Made by a program: the position numbers and the translations under genes
Notes under the pieces: model-generated
The model's database searches: none
What the model saw: the letters and a program-made list of their open reading frames with translations, nothing else
What the model was told of the DNA's origin: nothing
In this document: piece by piece, positions 26,630 to 35,463 of the stretch
Layout of the letters: each line of letters opens with the position of its first letter
Position numbering within the stretch: the stretch's first letter is position 1
IMG/VR virus record: IMGVR_UViG_3300022693_004335
Span: 1 to 50,888 of that record
Origin: a virus
Taxonomy: Duplodnaviria > Caudoviricetes
Reading direction: 5' to 3' (one strand)
Length of the DNA stretch: 50,888 bases

Positions 26630-27595
26630 ATGAAAAATGAATTGTTAGAGGGGTATGATAAGTACATAGTTGCCTTTTCGGGTGGTAAGGATAGTATCGC
26701 CTGTTTTTTGTCATTACTCGAGTCTGGAGTGCCTAAAAACAAAATTGAACTTTGGCACAGTTTGATTGATGGGCCGGGGGAAACATTTATGGATTGGCCA
26801 GTAACCGAAGACTATTGCAGAAAATTTGCAAATGCTTTTGGTGTTCCTATTTATTTCAGTTGGAAAGAAGGTGGGTTTAAAGGTGAAATGCTCAGAAACA
26901 ATCAACCAACCAGACCCACTTTTTTTGAAACGCCCGAAGGTTTATTGAGTTCAGGTGGTAAAGGTCCTAATGGCACCCGATTAAAATTTCCGCAGGTGAG
27001 CGCAGATTTACGAGTAAGATGGTGTTCAGCTTATTTAAAGATTGATGTTTGCTCTTCAGCTATTCGAAACCAGTCAAGATTCAACGGGATTAAAACCGCT
27101 TTGATATCTGGTGAACGTGCACAGGAAAGCACCGCTCGGGCAAACTATAAAGTATTTGAAATAGATCGTGCAGATAATAGAAACGGTAAAAACAAGCGCC
27201 ACGTTGATAGAATAAGATTAGTGCACGGCTTATCAGAGGCTGAAGTATGGGAAATTATTAAGCGTTACCGTGTTGTTGTTCATCCTTGCTATTATATGGG
27301 ATGGAGCCGGTGCAGTTGTCTTTTTTGCATTTTTGGCAACGATGATCAGTTTGCTAGTGCTCAAATGGTTAGTCCTTTGAAGGCTAAAGAACTGGTAACG
27401 CACGAGAATTCATTCGGAGTAACCTTAAAGCGGGATAAGCCTATTTCTATTGTAATGAATAACGGGAAGGTTTATGCAGCAATAACGCCTGAGCTTTTAG
27501 AAATGTCGCGATCAACTGAATACACTGGAAAAATCTTCACTACAAACTGGAAGCTTCCTGCCGGGGCTTTTGGTGAAAGTTGCGGTCCTAATTAA
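26630..27595 (+). CDS. PAPS-reductase-family (PP-loop, DndC-like) protein
   Basis: VAFSGGKDS PP-loop, RWCSAYLK, GERAQES..RA and RCSCLFC motifs. Confidence 0.85.
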   Translation: MKNELLEGYDKYIVAFSGGKDSIACFLSLLESGVPKNKIELWHSLIDGPGETFMDWPVTEDYCRKFANAFGVPIYFSWKEGGFKGEMLRNNQPTRPTFFETPEGLLSSGGKGPNGTRLKFPQVSADLRVRWCSAYLKIDVCSSAIRNQSRFNGIKTALISGERAQESTARANYKVFEIDRADNRNGKNKRHVDRIRLVHGLSEAEVWEIIKRYRVVVHPCYYMGWSRCSCLFCIFGNDDQFASAQMVSPLKAKELVTHENSFGVTLKRDKPISIVMNNGKVYAAITPELLEMSRSTEYTGKIFTTNWKLPAGAFGESCGPN

Positions 27596-27609
27596 ATAAA
27601 ATAGATACT

Positions 27610-27915
27610 ATGTCAAATAATTTAACTTTGAACGTTGAAACAAATGTTCTTGATAAGTTGATTTTAAAAATTAAAGAAGTCTTAAAGGCTAAAAAACTTA
27701 AGCAAAAAGATCTTGCTGCACATCTTAATTACGATGCTTCATACATGAGCCGTGTTTTAAAAGGTGAAATAACTATGAGTATTAAAACTCTTCAAGAGAT
27801 AGCAGACTTTTTAAAGGTTCCAGTACATCAGCTTATAGAAGTTCCGGATGGTTATATAAACGTTTACGACAATGATAAAAACTGGAAGGGAATAATCAAA
27901 AAGGACTTTATATGA
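27610..27915 (+). CDS. XRE-family HTH regulator
   Basis: LKQKDLAAHLNYDASYMSRVLKG...TLQEIADFLKV. Confidence 0.88.
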   Translation: MSNNLTLNVETNVLDKLILKIKEVLKAKKLKQKDLAAHLNYDASYMSRVLKGEITMSIKTLQEIADFLKVPVHQLIEVPDGYINVYDNDKNWKGIIKKDFI

Positions 27916-28049
27916 GTTCAGTAGCAAAAGAAACGGCAGATAAATATCAGGACTTTTTCAATTTTATGAATCAGGAACACGGGTTAATTTTGACAATTTC
28001 CGAAATGAATGAGATTTTAGAAGAAGCCCAAAAGCTTTTAAATCAATAG
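27912..28049 (+). CDS. 45-aa hypothetical protein (not in ORF track)
   Basis: MSSVAKETADKYQDFFNFMNQEHGLILTISEMNEILEEAQKLLNQ; ATGA-coupled to the XRE gene. Confidence 0.6.
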   Translation: MSSVAKETADKYQDFFNFMNQEHGLILTISEMNEILEEAQKLLNQ

Positions 28050-28057
28050 AACAAAAA

Positions 28058-28192
28058 GAGCAAGTGGCGGAATTGGTAGACGCTATCTACTCCGAGGAAT
28101 GATAAGTTCGCGCGATAGTTCTAAAGAAGTAAATCCTCGCGGTGCGTTTTGCACAGTAGGGGATTGTGCAGGTTCGAACCCTGCCTTGCTCA
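28058..28192 (+). ncRNA. tRNA-Leu-like element with expanded anticodon region (135 nt)
   Basis: Acceptor GAGCAAG/CTTGCTC-A, D arm GCG-GAATTGGTAGA-CGC, T arm GCAGG-TTCGAAC-CCTGC. Confidence 0.75.
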
Positions 28193-28206
28193 CTAAAACA
28201 TATCTT

Positions 28207-28449
28207 ATGAAACACCTAGCATCAATAAGAGCAAACGTAATCTACACCAAAGAAAAGGGCGAGTATAAGAAGATTAATGAGATTGTTCTTCTCTCCGATG
28301 GTCCAGAATATAAGTACTCAAACGAGGGTGAGATAGTGCGCCAGAGATCACTCCAAGAACACCGATTTTTGGTTGACAATGCTGGAATAGATAATTTGAT
28401 TGCTGTTCTTGAGAAAATAAAAGAAGTTGAAAACGAAGATTTAGAGTGA
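28207..28449 (+). CDS. Hypothetical protein
   Basis: Likely start MKHLAS at 28207; the longer start would lie inside the tRNA-like element. Confidence 0.65.
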   Translation: MKHLASIRANVIYTKEKGEYKKINEIVLLSDGPEYKYSNEGEIVRQRSLQEHRFLVDNAGIDNLIAVLEKIKEVENEDLE

Positions 28450-28721
28450 TGGAAACAATCTACAAATACCCATTAGAAATAACATACTATCAAGGAGTAG
28501 AAATGCCAAAAGGCTCCGAAATACTTTCTGCTAAATGTCAGAACAATTCTTTAGTACTATATGCAGGTGTTAGCGAAAATGAAGTAAATGAACTTCGTAC
28601 TATAGAAGTTATAGGAACTGGTAATCCTGTCTATTCAAATTCAAAAACGAAGCGTAGATTTATAGATACTGTGATAATGCCTAAAGGTTTAGTTTGGCAC
28701 GTGTTTGAGCGGATTTCTTAA
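28446..28721 (+). CDS. Hypothetical phage protein
   Basis: IYKYPL...MPKGSEILS...GTGNP...LVWHVFE pattern of a small phage protein family. Confidence 0.7.
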   Translation: MMETIYKYPLEITYYQGVEMPKGSEILSAKCQNNSLVLYAGVSENEVNELRTIEVIGTGNPVYSNSKTKRRFIDTVIMPKGLVWHVFERIS

Positions 28722-28726
28722 AATAC

Positions 28727-28754
28727 AACCAACCCTCACTGATGCGGGTTGGTT
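28727..28754. terminator. Hairpin between convergent operons
   Basis: AACCAACCC / GGGTTGGTT inverted repeat. Confidence 0.55.
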
Positions 28755-28932
28755 AAACTAAACTCTTCCTATACTTCACCAAATCCTTAGTAGTCACACT
28801 CACAGAAACCCCCAGTGCTTGAGATATTTCAATAATCGCTCGTTTAGAACTTGATCCAGCAGCTTTTTTGATTTCAAAGAACATTCCAGACTGCTTTACC
28901 CGTTTTTCAAGTAATTTCTTATTCCTGTTCAT
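28753..28932 (-). CDS. 59-aa HTH-like protein (not in ORF track)
   Basis: MNRNKKLLEKR...AIIEISQALGVSVSVTTKDLVKY. Confidence 0.55.
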   Translation of the reverse strand: MNRNKKLLEKRVKQSGMFFEIKKAAGSSSKRAIIEISQALGVSVSVTTKDLVKYRKSLV

Positions 28933-29140
28933 TTAGATAGCGTATTATTCGGTTCTCGGAAATGTGCAAATAGTAATCGGATAGATCATTGATCAGGACC
29001 CGAAGCGGCGCATTATGATTCTCAACGTACCAATTAATAAAAAGGCGCTTTTCATCTTCCGCATTCTTGCCGTGCTCTTCAAAGAATCGGTTGCGGGTTT
29101 TCTCGATAGTTTCTAAGACGGTGACCGTTACGCTTTTCAT
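28919..29140 (-). CDS. Small hypothetical protein, possibly HTH
   Basis: 73 aa ending LSDYYLHISENRIIRYL. Confidence 0.55.
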   Translation of the reverse strand: MKSVTVTVLETIEKTRNRFFEEHGKNAEDEKRLFINWYVENHNAPLRVLINDLSDYYLHISENRIIRYLNEQE

Positions 29141-29145
29141 ATCTT

Positions 29146-30177
29146 TTAATTTGCCAGTGCCGTTACTTTCGGCACATATATTCCGTTTCTGTACTTGAAA
29201 TTTTCTTCTAGGAAATAAGGTTTTGATTTATAGTTGTGCAAAGTGTCTGCATTAGCATTCAGATAATTTTGCGCTGCTGCAGGAATGTTTTTAATGGTGT
29301 GGCGGCTATCAATGTCAGCACCGCCTAAATAGTTCTTGAATTTTTCTCGTGGTAATAGAATCGAGGTTGAAAAACAAAGGCAGTTGGGGTGCCAACCTAT
29401 GAACTTGAAGTTTTTCGGATAGGTGCCAACCATTTCATCACAAATATCATAGGCAGGGTGAGCAGCGCTTAATTGAATCCTTTGCCCCATCACAAAAGGC
29501 ATCATTTTACGTCTCTCGAAATCATTGGTGCGATACGCGATGTTGATCTCGTTTCGGCTTAATCGTAATGCGTTGCGATAACTCGATCTATAAACACCGC
29601 GACCTGGTTTGTAGTTTTTCGCCGGTGTGCTTAGCTGAAGCTTTCCGTTTTCATCTCTGATTCTTCGAAAGCGTTTATCTGGATCCTTTAGATAGGTTTT
29701 AAGATCCCTAGCCATATCCGCTGCACTTCTGCCATTCACTACTCCACTTTCCAGAATTACATTTAAGCTTTCTTCAGTCTGCTGGGTAAGGTTCCAAACT
29801 CGATCCGAAAGTCTTAATCCCTTTTCAGCACGGTTGATAAATGCTTTGGCCGCTGCGTTGTTTTTAGCAAACAAATTATTGACTTGTGATTCTGGAACTT
29901 CTATTCCTTTGATGTAATCACTTACAAATTCATCGTTGCAGATATTTGAAGCTTGAAACCCGTTGCCGATTTGCTCTTCAAGAAGTTTCTCAAGATCATC
30001 ATTGAATCGCTGCAAGGCTTTGTCGAGTTGCTTTTTTCTCAGTTTGCTTTCACGTCCTGAGTAGTTTTGAAAGATGAAACCAAACTCTCGCGAATATTCC
30101 GCGTACAATCTATCCAAGTGCCATTCTTGAGCACTTAGGATTGATAGTAGACGGTTTTTGCATTTGTTGTTTGGCAT
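29146..30177 (-). CDS. Minor head protein (MuF / SPP1 gp7-like)
   Basis: LSDRVW, ALRLSRNE, DICD...G.YP and WHPNCLC motifs. Confidence 0.85.
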   Translation of the reverse strand: MPNNKCKNRLLSILSAQEWHLDRLYAEYSREFGFIFQNYSGRESKLRKKQLDKALQRFNDDLEKLLEEQIGNGFQASNICNDEFVSDYIKGIEVPESQVNNLFAKNNAAAKAFINRAEKGLRLSDRVWNLTQQTEESLNVILESGVVNGRSAADMARDLKTYLKDPDKRFRRIRDENGKLQLSTPAKNYKPGRGVYRSSYRNALRLSRNEINIAYRTNDFERRKMMPFVMGQRIQLSAAHPAYDICDEMVGTYPKNFKFIGWHPNCLCFSTSILLPREKFKNYLGGADIDSRHTIKNIPAAAQNYLNANADTLHNYKSKPYFLEENFKYRNGIYVPKVTALAN

Positions 30178-30398
30178 TAATAAATCTTTTTAAACCAAAT
30201 TCTAAAATCGATTCCGAAAAGGTGAATGTTTAAAGAATACTCGGAAGGGCTGAAATACTTTTGAGAAAGACCAAAAACAACCCAGTCTCCATTTCTCATA
30301 TACTTTTTCTGGCTCCATCGATTATTGATAAACAATCTTTCAAACTTTGATTTATATTTTCTTCTCATTACTCCTGTATCAAAACCTCCTTCAAACAA
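30177..30398 (-). CDS. Hypothetical protein
   Basis: Small ORF in a packed operon; start uncertain. Confidence 0.5.
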   Translation of the reverse strand: MFEGGFDTGVMRRKYKSKFERLFINNRWSQKKYMRNGDWVVFGLSQKYFSPSEYSLNIHLFGIDFRIWFKKIY

Positions 30399-30610
30399 CT
30401 TCCACCTATTGGCTGCATTGCTTTTCCGAACGTTAGTTGCTTAATGTAAATCTTACCGGTTGTCTTCACCTGCTCCAGTTCCTCTTCATCTAATTCAAAG
30501 CAGAAAGTCATTGAACCTTCTTCTTTGTTGTAAAGTGCCGGAAGCGTTTCGTATTCCGGTTGGTGTTCTGCTATTTTTACGTTGTGCTCTGGGAATTCAA
30601 TTGCTTTCAT
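30368..30610 (-). CDS. Hypothetical phage protein
   Basis: 80 aa, MKAIEFPEHN...QPEYETLPA. Confidence 0.7.
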   Translation of the reverse strand: MKAIEFPEHNVKIAEHQPEYETLPALYNKEEGSMTFCFELDEEELEQVKTTGKIYIKQLTFGKAMQPIGGSCLKEVLIQE

Positions 30611-30613
30611 AGT

Positions 30614-30748
30614 TTAGTTTCTTTCGTTATCAGAACAGGATCTGCATATCTGAATTTTACCATCTTTACTAGAACCTCCATCATTTAGATCGAACCAATC
30701 CCCGCATCTATCACAAGGGGTTGGCATTTCCATTTCAAATTCTTCCAT
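30614..30748 (-). CDS. 44-aa zinc-finger microprotein (not in ORF track)
   Basis: MEEFEMEMPTPCDRCGDWFDLNDGGSSKDGKIQICRSCSDNERN. Confidence 0.6.
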   Translation of the reverse strand: MEEFEMEMPTPCDRCGDWFDLNDGGSSKDGKIQICRSCSDNERN

Positions 30749-30749
30749 C

Positions 30750-30932
30750 CTACTTCTTATTTTCGATTATACGCTTTGCGATTTTCTGATACTTGGGCTT
30801 TGCCAGTTTGCGCTTGAAATCTCTCTTTTCGCGCCGGGTCATTTTCCTTTGTTTTGAAGGATGTGAAGCATCTGGGTTTGTTGTTTCTGGAATTTCTCCG
30901 TGCAATAATTCTCTTTGTTCTTTTGTCATCAT
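30750..30932 (-). CDS. Small basic hypothetical protein
   Basis: 60-aa ATG ORF that fits between its neighbours. Confidence 0.55.
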   Translation of the reverse strand: MMTKEQRELLHGEIPETTNPDASHPSKQRKMTRREKRDFKRKLAKPKYQKIAKRIIENKK

Positions 30933-30934
30933 AA

Positions 30935-31306
30935 TTAATCTTCTGTTTTAATTTCACATGGTTCCGGCATAGTTTCTAATCTTATTGCCGGTATAGTTTT
31001 ATGATTCTCTAATATTGCTTTTGAAATACGATGCCAACCATCACATAGATAACCATCTTCATCAAAAAGTATAGGTTTAGTAAGATCTGCGTCTTGAATC
31101 CGTTTTACGTGATATATAAATGAATTCATATTGATGTTATCTCCCCAAGGCATACGGGACAAATCAATTCCCACGAGAGGCATTTCAAAAACTTCAAATT
31201 GCTTTGAGTGTTCTATCAATGAAAAAGCGGAATACACGCGATTACCAACATTGAAATTGTTCTCTGAATAATGAAATGGCTTTATTTTAACCTTAGGTAT
31301 ATTCAT
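30935..31306 (-). CDS. ParB/Srx-like domain protein
   Basis: PILF.....LCDGWHRI.KA motif. Confidence 0.65.
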   Translation of the reverse strand: MNIPKVKIKPFHYSENNFNVGNRVYSAFSLIEHSKQFEVFEMPLVGIDLSRMPWGDNINMNSFIYHVKRIQDADLTKPILFDEDGYLCDGWHRISKAILENHKTIPAIRLETMPEPCEIKTED

Positions 31307-32656
31307 CTAGCTTACATTAAAAGTTTCACCAATACTACTTACACCCTCAGCTTTGATCTTATCCAGTTCTTCACTTGGATTCTTCACAAGTGGATTATTT
31401 TGAACCGCGGTCTCTTGGCTCATTGTTGCCTTACCTCCTGTTGCGTTATAAAGCATCTGAATTTGCTCCGCTAGATCCTCAGGTATTGAGTAATTGAATT
31501 CAATGTCAAAGCTTAATTCATCATCATTAATTCCTAAACCGTTTTTGATTACTGATAGAATACGGCTGATTGCTGTATCATAAGCTCCACGTTTGCGTTT
31601 AGCTTTGTTGATGGCATCTTGCAGCATAAGCACGAGTGCGCGACCGGAAAGCGCTCCAATTCCTTTCACGTTGTCAAAGGATAGATCTGGAGTTTGTGAA
31701 ATACTATGAATGTCTTCTTTTAGCCAATCCTTTTCCAGTTCAATTGATTCAACTCCGGTGTCACGCTGCAAGAATTCTGCTTCCGCCTGAACAACTTGAT
31801 TGTCGTGTATTGCGTGGCCCAGTAAAAGAGATTTACCGTCATCATCAATTTCAATCAATGTTTCATCTTCACCCTCATCATTCTTAACCGTTCCACCTTT
31901 CAACTTTAGAATAGGAAATGCGAAATAGTTGTTTGATCCGGCAAGCTTTGACTTGAGCATTTCATAACGGTCAATCATTTCTTTCACGATAAACCATTCC
32001 GGCTCTTCCTGCTCGACAAATACAACCGGAATCACTCCGAACTCGTGTGGGTCTGATTTTTGGTACTTTTCATCTTGGTACTTGTGAATCTCAGTATCTG
32101 TAAATATCCATAAGTGCTCTACTTCATCAATCACAAATTCCCAGTAGAAAGCAACCAGATCACCATACACATCGTATTGAGGCGTGTACTTTCCATTTTC
32201 GGTCGTATAGAATCGCGACTTGATTTCTTTGCCGGTTTGACCTTGCATCATTGAGAATATGAATACTCCAATTGTGGTGCTCATTACACTCTCCGCAAAG
32301 TCCTGAAGTTTGTTGCTGATCCTATTCTTCTTGTATACATCTAGGATTGCAATCGCATTGGCATTATCTGCATCATTCGCTGAGATGGTTGGTGCATCAC
32401 CAAACAGGAAAGAAACCGCAGTATTCACGATTTTCTTTTGCAGCTGCACTTTGATACGCTCGGCTTTAACAGATTTTTTCCCTTGAGTGTAATCTTCTCG
32501 CTTTCCAATCTGCAGATCGCGTAGTTTTCTCCCTTCATCGCTTCCGCTATACTCCTTCGCGTATTCGGTTATTTTCTTTTGTCGCTTATCTTGAGTTGCT
32601 AGGTAATCTTTTACCTTTTGCGCGTCGGTGAAATCAAAGTCAAATTCTTCTTCCAT
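31307..32656 (-). CDS. Portal protein (SPP1 gp6-like)
   Basis: KKIVNTAVSFLFG, H.FGVIPVV and SQTPDLSFD...G.LSG.AL motifs; follows the terminase gene. Confidence 0.92.
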   Translation of the reverse strand: MEEEFDFDFTDAQKVKDYLATQDKRQKKITEYAKEYSGSDEGRKLRDLQIGKREDYTQGKKSVKAERIKVQLQKKIVNTAVSFLFGDAPTISANDADNANAIAILDVYKKNRISNKLQDFAESVMSTTIGVFIFSMMQGQTGKEIKSRFYTTENGKYTPQYDVYGDLVAFYWEFVIDEVEHLWIFTDTEIHKYQDEKYQKSDPHEFGVIPVVFVEQEEPEWFIVKEMIDRYEMLKSKLAGSNNYFAFPILKLKGGTVKNDEGEDETLIEIDDDGKSLLLGHAIHDNQVVQAEAEFLQRDTGVESIELEKDWLKEDIHSISQTPDLSFDNVKGIGALSGRALVLMLQDAINKAKRKRGAYDTAISRILSVIKNGLGINDDELSFDIEFNYSIPEDLAEQIQMLYNATGGKATMSQETAVQNNPLVKNPSEELDKIKAEGVSSIGETFNVS

Positions 32657-32659
32657 AAT

Positions 32660-34180
32660 CTATGATCCAAAGTTTAATCCTTTGGGTTTTGTTGGTTTTG
32701 AGACAGTCGTTGGTACAACCAGTTCAAATATTTCTCGCATCATAAACGGGTCTAGTAAATCGGTACTCTCCCCATTGAGATACTTTTGTTTCATTTCTGC
32801 TTTTGGAATTAAAGCTTCTGGCTCTTCATCCAATTTTTTCTTTTTCTTTATCGCTTTACGTTCAGCCATCATTCGTTGACGAACGGTTTGCTTATCATCA
32901 AACATCTTATTCGCCACTTGAGGCATCACCCAAACTTCATTCTTTGCAACACGCTCACCGCTCAGGATGAAACATTGCGTTTTCAGATTCTTAAACTTTC
33001 TCCCGTCTTTCGTGTCGCGTGGTTTACTTCCGTTATCAAATGGAATCGAATTAGGAATGAATGCGTTGTTAGTCCCTCCGATAAACGCTCCTACTCCATT
33101 GGCATCATAAGCCACATTACGGTTAGGTACTCCGTGTTTCTCCTGCATTGCTATAATAGCATCGGTGACGTCTTTACCGGTGGACTTTTCAATAATGCTC
33201 ACATCAGTAATCCTGAAATCATCCCATACGTAAATGATAAGCTTATCCTGACCGCTCATTGCGACATCGACTGTTATGTATTTCTTACCGCCTTTTACAA
33301 AATTGTTAGTGAACACATCTTTAAAAGCATTGTAGTCATAGACATCTGCCGGATTGATTGAAACCTTCCAGTTTCCGTCAAGCAATTGGCGTTTAGAATC
33401 CTCATCTTGAGAAGCTAGGTTTGCCAGGTACTCAGGGTTATTTTTTAGAAGCTCCTTATTCTGGTAAACAGAACCGCCTATAAATGTGATTGATTTGACA
33501 AAGTGTTTGGCATCTATCCCTGAAGCTTCCACAAGTGGTTGAATAAAATATGCAGCTTTCGTTAAGCATTCTTCAACCGTATCTCCCCAGATCATTGTAT
33601 CTCCATCCTTGACAAAATATCTGACTACTCCTTGTCTTTCCGGAATCGGAAAACCATCTTCCCCAATCCACCAGCTTATCAATTCATAAACCCAGCTATC
33701 AGGATCCGGGTTACAAGTGGCCCTAACACAAGGTTTAATCTTACTGTTTGAACGGTTACGCGACAATAAATAAAAGAACGTCTGTTTTGAAAAGTGTGTT
33801 AACTCATCAAAACCTATAAATGGAATCTGTGACCCCTGCCAGCTCGTTACGTTTTTCTCGTGCTCTAAATGCGAGAACTTAATCTTTGCACCGCTATCAA
33901 ACTTCCACTGCAACTCAGTTTTATTTGATATCGCCCCGGCTAATGGATAAAGTTTATTGCTTTCATCCCACAAACCTCCTTGTGCTTTAATCTGGGTTGT
34001 AAGCCTTCTAAAAATTACAGCCCCGAAGTCTGGATCATCTACATCTCTAAGCGGATCAAGTAAAAGACAAAAAGTTTTACCAGCACCTGCGGCTCCTCCT
34101 CCAATCACGATATCTGCAGGACTAGCCAAAGCCATCATCTGATAACCTTCTTGCGGTCTAATCCTTTTTACTTCTCCCAT
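32660..34180 (-). CDS. terL: Terminase large subunit
   Basis: Walker A GGAAGAGKT, Walker B IGFDELTHF, TCNP coupling motif, and nuclease VDVA...D. Confidence 0.95.
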   Translation of the reverse strand: MGEVKRIRPQEGYQMMALASPADIVIGGGAAGAGKTFCLLLDPLRDVDDPDFGAVIFRRLTTQIKAQGGLWDESNKLYPLAGAISNKTELQWKFDSGAKIKFSHLEHEKNVTSWQGSQIPFIGFDELTHFSKQTFFYLLSRNRSNSKIKPCVRATCNPDPDSWVYELISWWIGEDGFPIPERQGVVRYFVKDGDTMIWGDTVEECLTKAAYFIQPLVEASGIDAKHFVKSITFIGGSVYQNKELLKNNPEYLANLASQDEDSKRQLLDGNWKVSINPADVYDYNAFKDVFTNNFVKGGKKYITVDVAMSGQDKLIIYVWDDFRITDVSIIEKSTGKDVTDAIIAMQEKHGVPNRNVAYDANGVGAFIGGTNNAFIPNSIPFDNGSKPRDTKDGRKFKNLKTQCFILSGERVAKNEVWVMPQVANKMFDDKQTVRQRMMAERKAIKKKKKLDEEPEALIPKAEMKQKYLNGESTDLLDPFMMREIFELVVPTTVSKPTKPKGLNFGS

Positions 34181-34682
34181 TGTTTGGTATTTCAAACATT
34201 GTGATGTTAGTTGATTTCTGAGTGTTGTCTTTTTCGTAGAAACCAGTGTGTTTGTGTATCATTTCCATTGCTTTCTCCTTGCTAACAAATGATAACTCTA
34301 CAAAAGTTTCAGTAACAACCTTATCCCCGTCCTTGTATGATTTTGAGGTCAGCTTATACTTGCTGATCAACCTTCTCATTTCTTCTGGTAATTCCTTTAT
34401 TTGCTCAGGGCTCAAAAGAATAGTTTCAGTTATATCCGAATATGCCCAATTCTCTAATTCTTCAAGTAGAACCTCATGTGTTGTCCTGAGTTTCTTCTTA
34501 GCTTCGTTCTGCTTTTCTTTTATATAGCCTTTAACCTCTGGTATTCTCTGGATTTTAGAAAAGCTGTCATCTGCTCTTTTAGCCTTTGGATAAAGCGTTC
34601 TATAAGCCTCTGCTCCGTTAAATCCATTAACGAACCATTGGTCTATAACTGCTTTATATTTTTCAAAGGTTTTTTTAGTCAT
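34158..34682 (-). CDS. terS: Terminase small subunit
   Basis: FNGAEAY HTH and KEKAMEMI.KH.GFY motif; upstream of terL. Confidence 0.85.
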   Translation of the reverse strand: MTKKTFEKYKAVIDQWFVNGFNGAEAYRTLYPKAKRADDSFSKIQRIPEVKGYIKEKQNEAKKKLRTTHEVLLEELENWAYSDITETILLSPEQIKELPEEMRRLISKYKLTSKSYKDGDKVVTETFVELSFVSKEKAMEMIHKHTGFYEKDNTQKSTNITMFEIPNNGRSKKD

Positions 34683-34939
34683 TATCTAAATCTTTCGCCT
34701 CTGGTCCACAAATAACCAATGAAGGAATCTATTTTTTGAATTGCTGTTCTTACTCTGTGTCTGAATCCTGGTCTGTGATATGACAGAAACAGAAAATCTT
34801 CTTCTTCGTCTTTTTCAATCACAATCAAAATAGCCCCAGCCATATCATGATCTTTTACGATATCAGCTAACTTCTTCAAGACAGGATTATCTCTTTGAGT
34901 ATCTGGATAGCTTTTTATGTGATTGAGTTTGCTCATCAT
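34682..34939 (-). CDS. Hypothetical protein
   Basis: 85 aa, translationally coupled to its neighbours. Confidence 0.65.
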   Translation of the reverse strand: MMSKLNHIKSYPDTQRDNPVLKKLADIVKDHDMAGAILIVIEKDEEEDFLFLSYHRPGFRHRVRTAIQKIDSFIGYLWTRGERFR

Positions 34940-35214
34940 TCATCCATTAATTTAGATAGGACTGGATAGCACTTTCTAATGATTTCCTTGTCGCTCACTT
35001 CAACCGCTCCTAACTCAACAGCTTTTTGTTTCATCCCTTTTGAAACATCGTAATGAGGATGATTCTTTTTGTTTTGAAACCATTTCCGATTAACTCCAAT
35101 AGCATCTGCCATTTTGTGAAGTGATTCAATATCTGCACTTGCCATATGACTCATAAGCATCCTTCCATAAGGATATTCTCTTCTGCCTACGTAAACAGTT
35201 TTATCTAAGCTCAT
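34936..35214 (-). CDS. DUF4031-like protein
   Basis: MSHM...LH.MA..IG..RKWFQ...HPHYDV...A...GA motif. Confidence 0.8.
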   Translation of the reverse strand: MSLDKTVYVGRREYPYGRMLMSHMASADIESLHKMADAIGVNRKWFQNKKNHPHYDVSKGMKQKAVELGAVEVSDKEIIRKCYPVLSKLMDE

Positions 35215-35229
35215 AATTCAATTATTTCG

Positions 35230-35326
35230 GAAAGAGGGAAGGAATCGAACCTTCAAAGAACAGCTACTCGCGTATAGCTTATTGTTCTGCCAGTATCTGG
35301 TGCGATCGCCTATTCGCAGCCTCTCT
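35230..35326 (-). ncRNA. tRNA-like element with collapsed anticodon arm and long extra arm
   Basis: Acceptor AGAGAGG/CCTCTTT, D arm GCGA-ATAGGCGA-TCGC, mini hairpin CCAG-ATA-CTGG, T arm GAAGG-TTCGATT-CCTTC. Confidence 0.65.
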
Positions 35327-35463
35327 CATTTTGCAGTTGCTTTTTACTGCCAAGCCAGTCTTGTGATAATTTGCCGGGTTGCATATACTCTCAACCAAAT
35401 ACCCTAAGCTTTGAATCAATCATTATCACGGCCACGATTAGCGACAACTAAGCGTCAAAAATG

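Noticed and set aside
26630-27595. Complete Dnd/Ssp phosphorothioation system or cysH sulfur-assimilation gene
   Set aside because: No partner genes are present; only the family-level call is supported.
28058-28192. Intron-containing tRNA or tmRNA
   Set aside because: The insert of about 80 nt is too short for a self-splicing intron. It has a full D arm and no G3:U70 pair, unlike tmRNA.
28099-28206. N-terminal extension of the ORF-track gene 28099-28449
   Set aside because: It lies within the tRNA-like element; ATG 28207 is the more plausible start.
32876-33361. 161-aa plus-strand ORF, and similar antisense ORFs such as 35559-36026, 24764-25000 and 26545-26742
   Set aside because: They overlap well-supported genes or promoters on the other strand and have no recognisable motifs.
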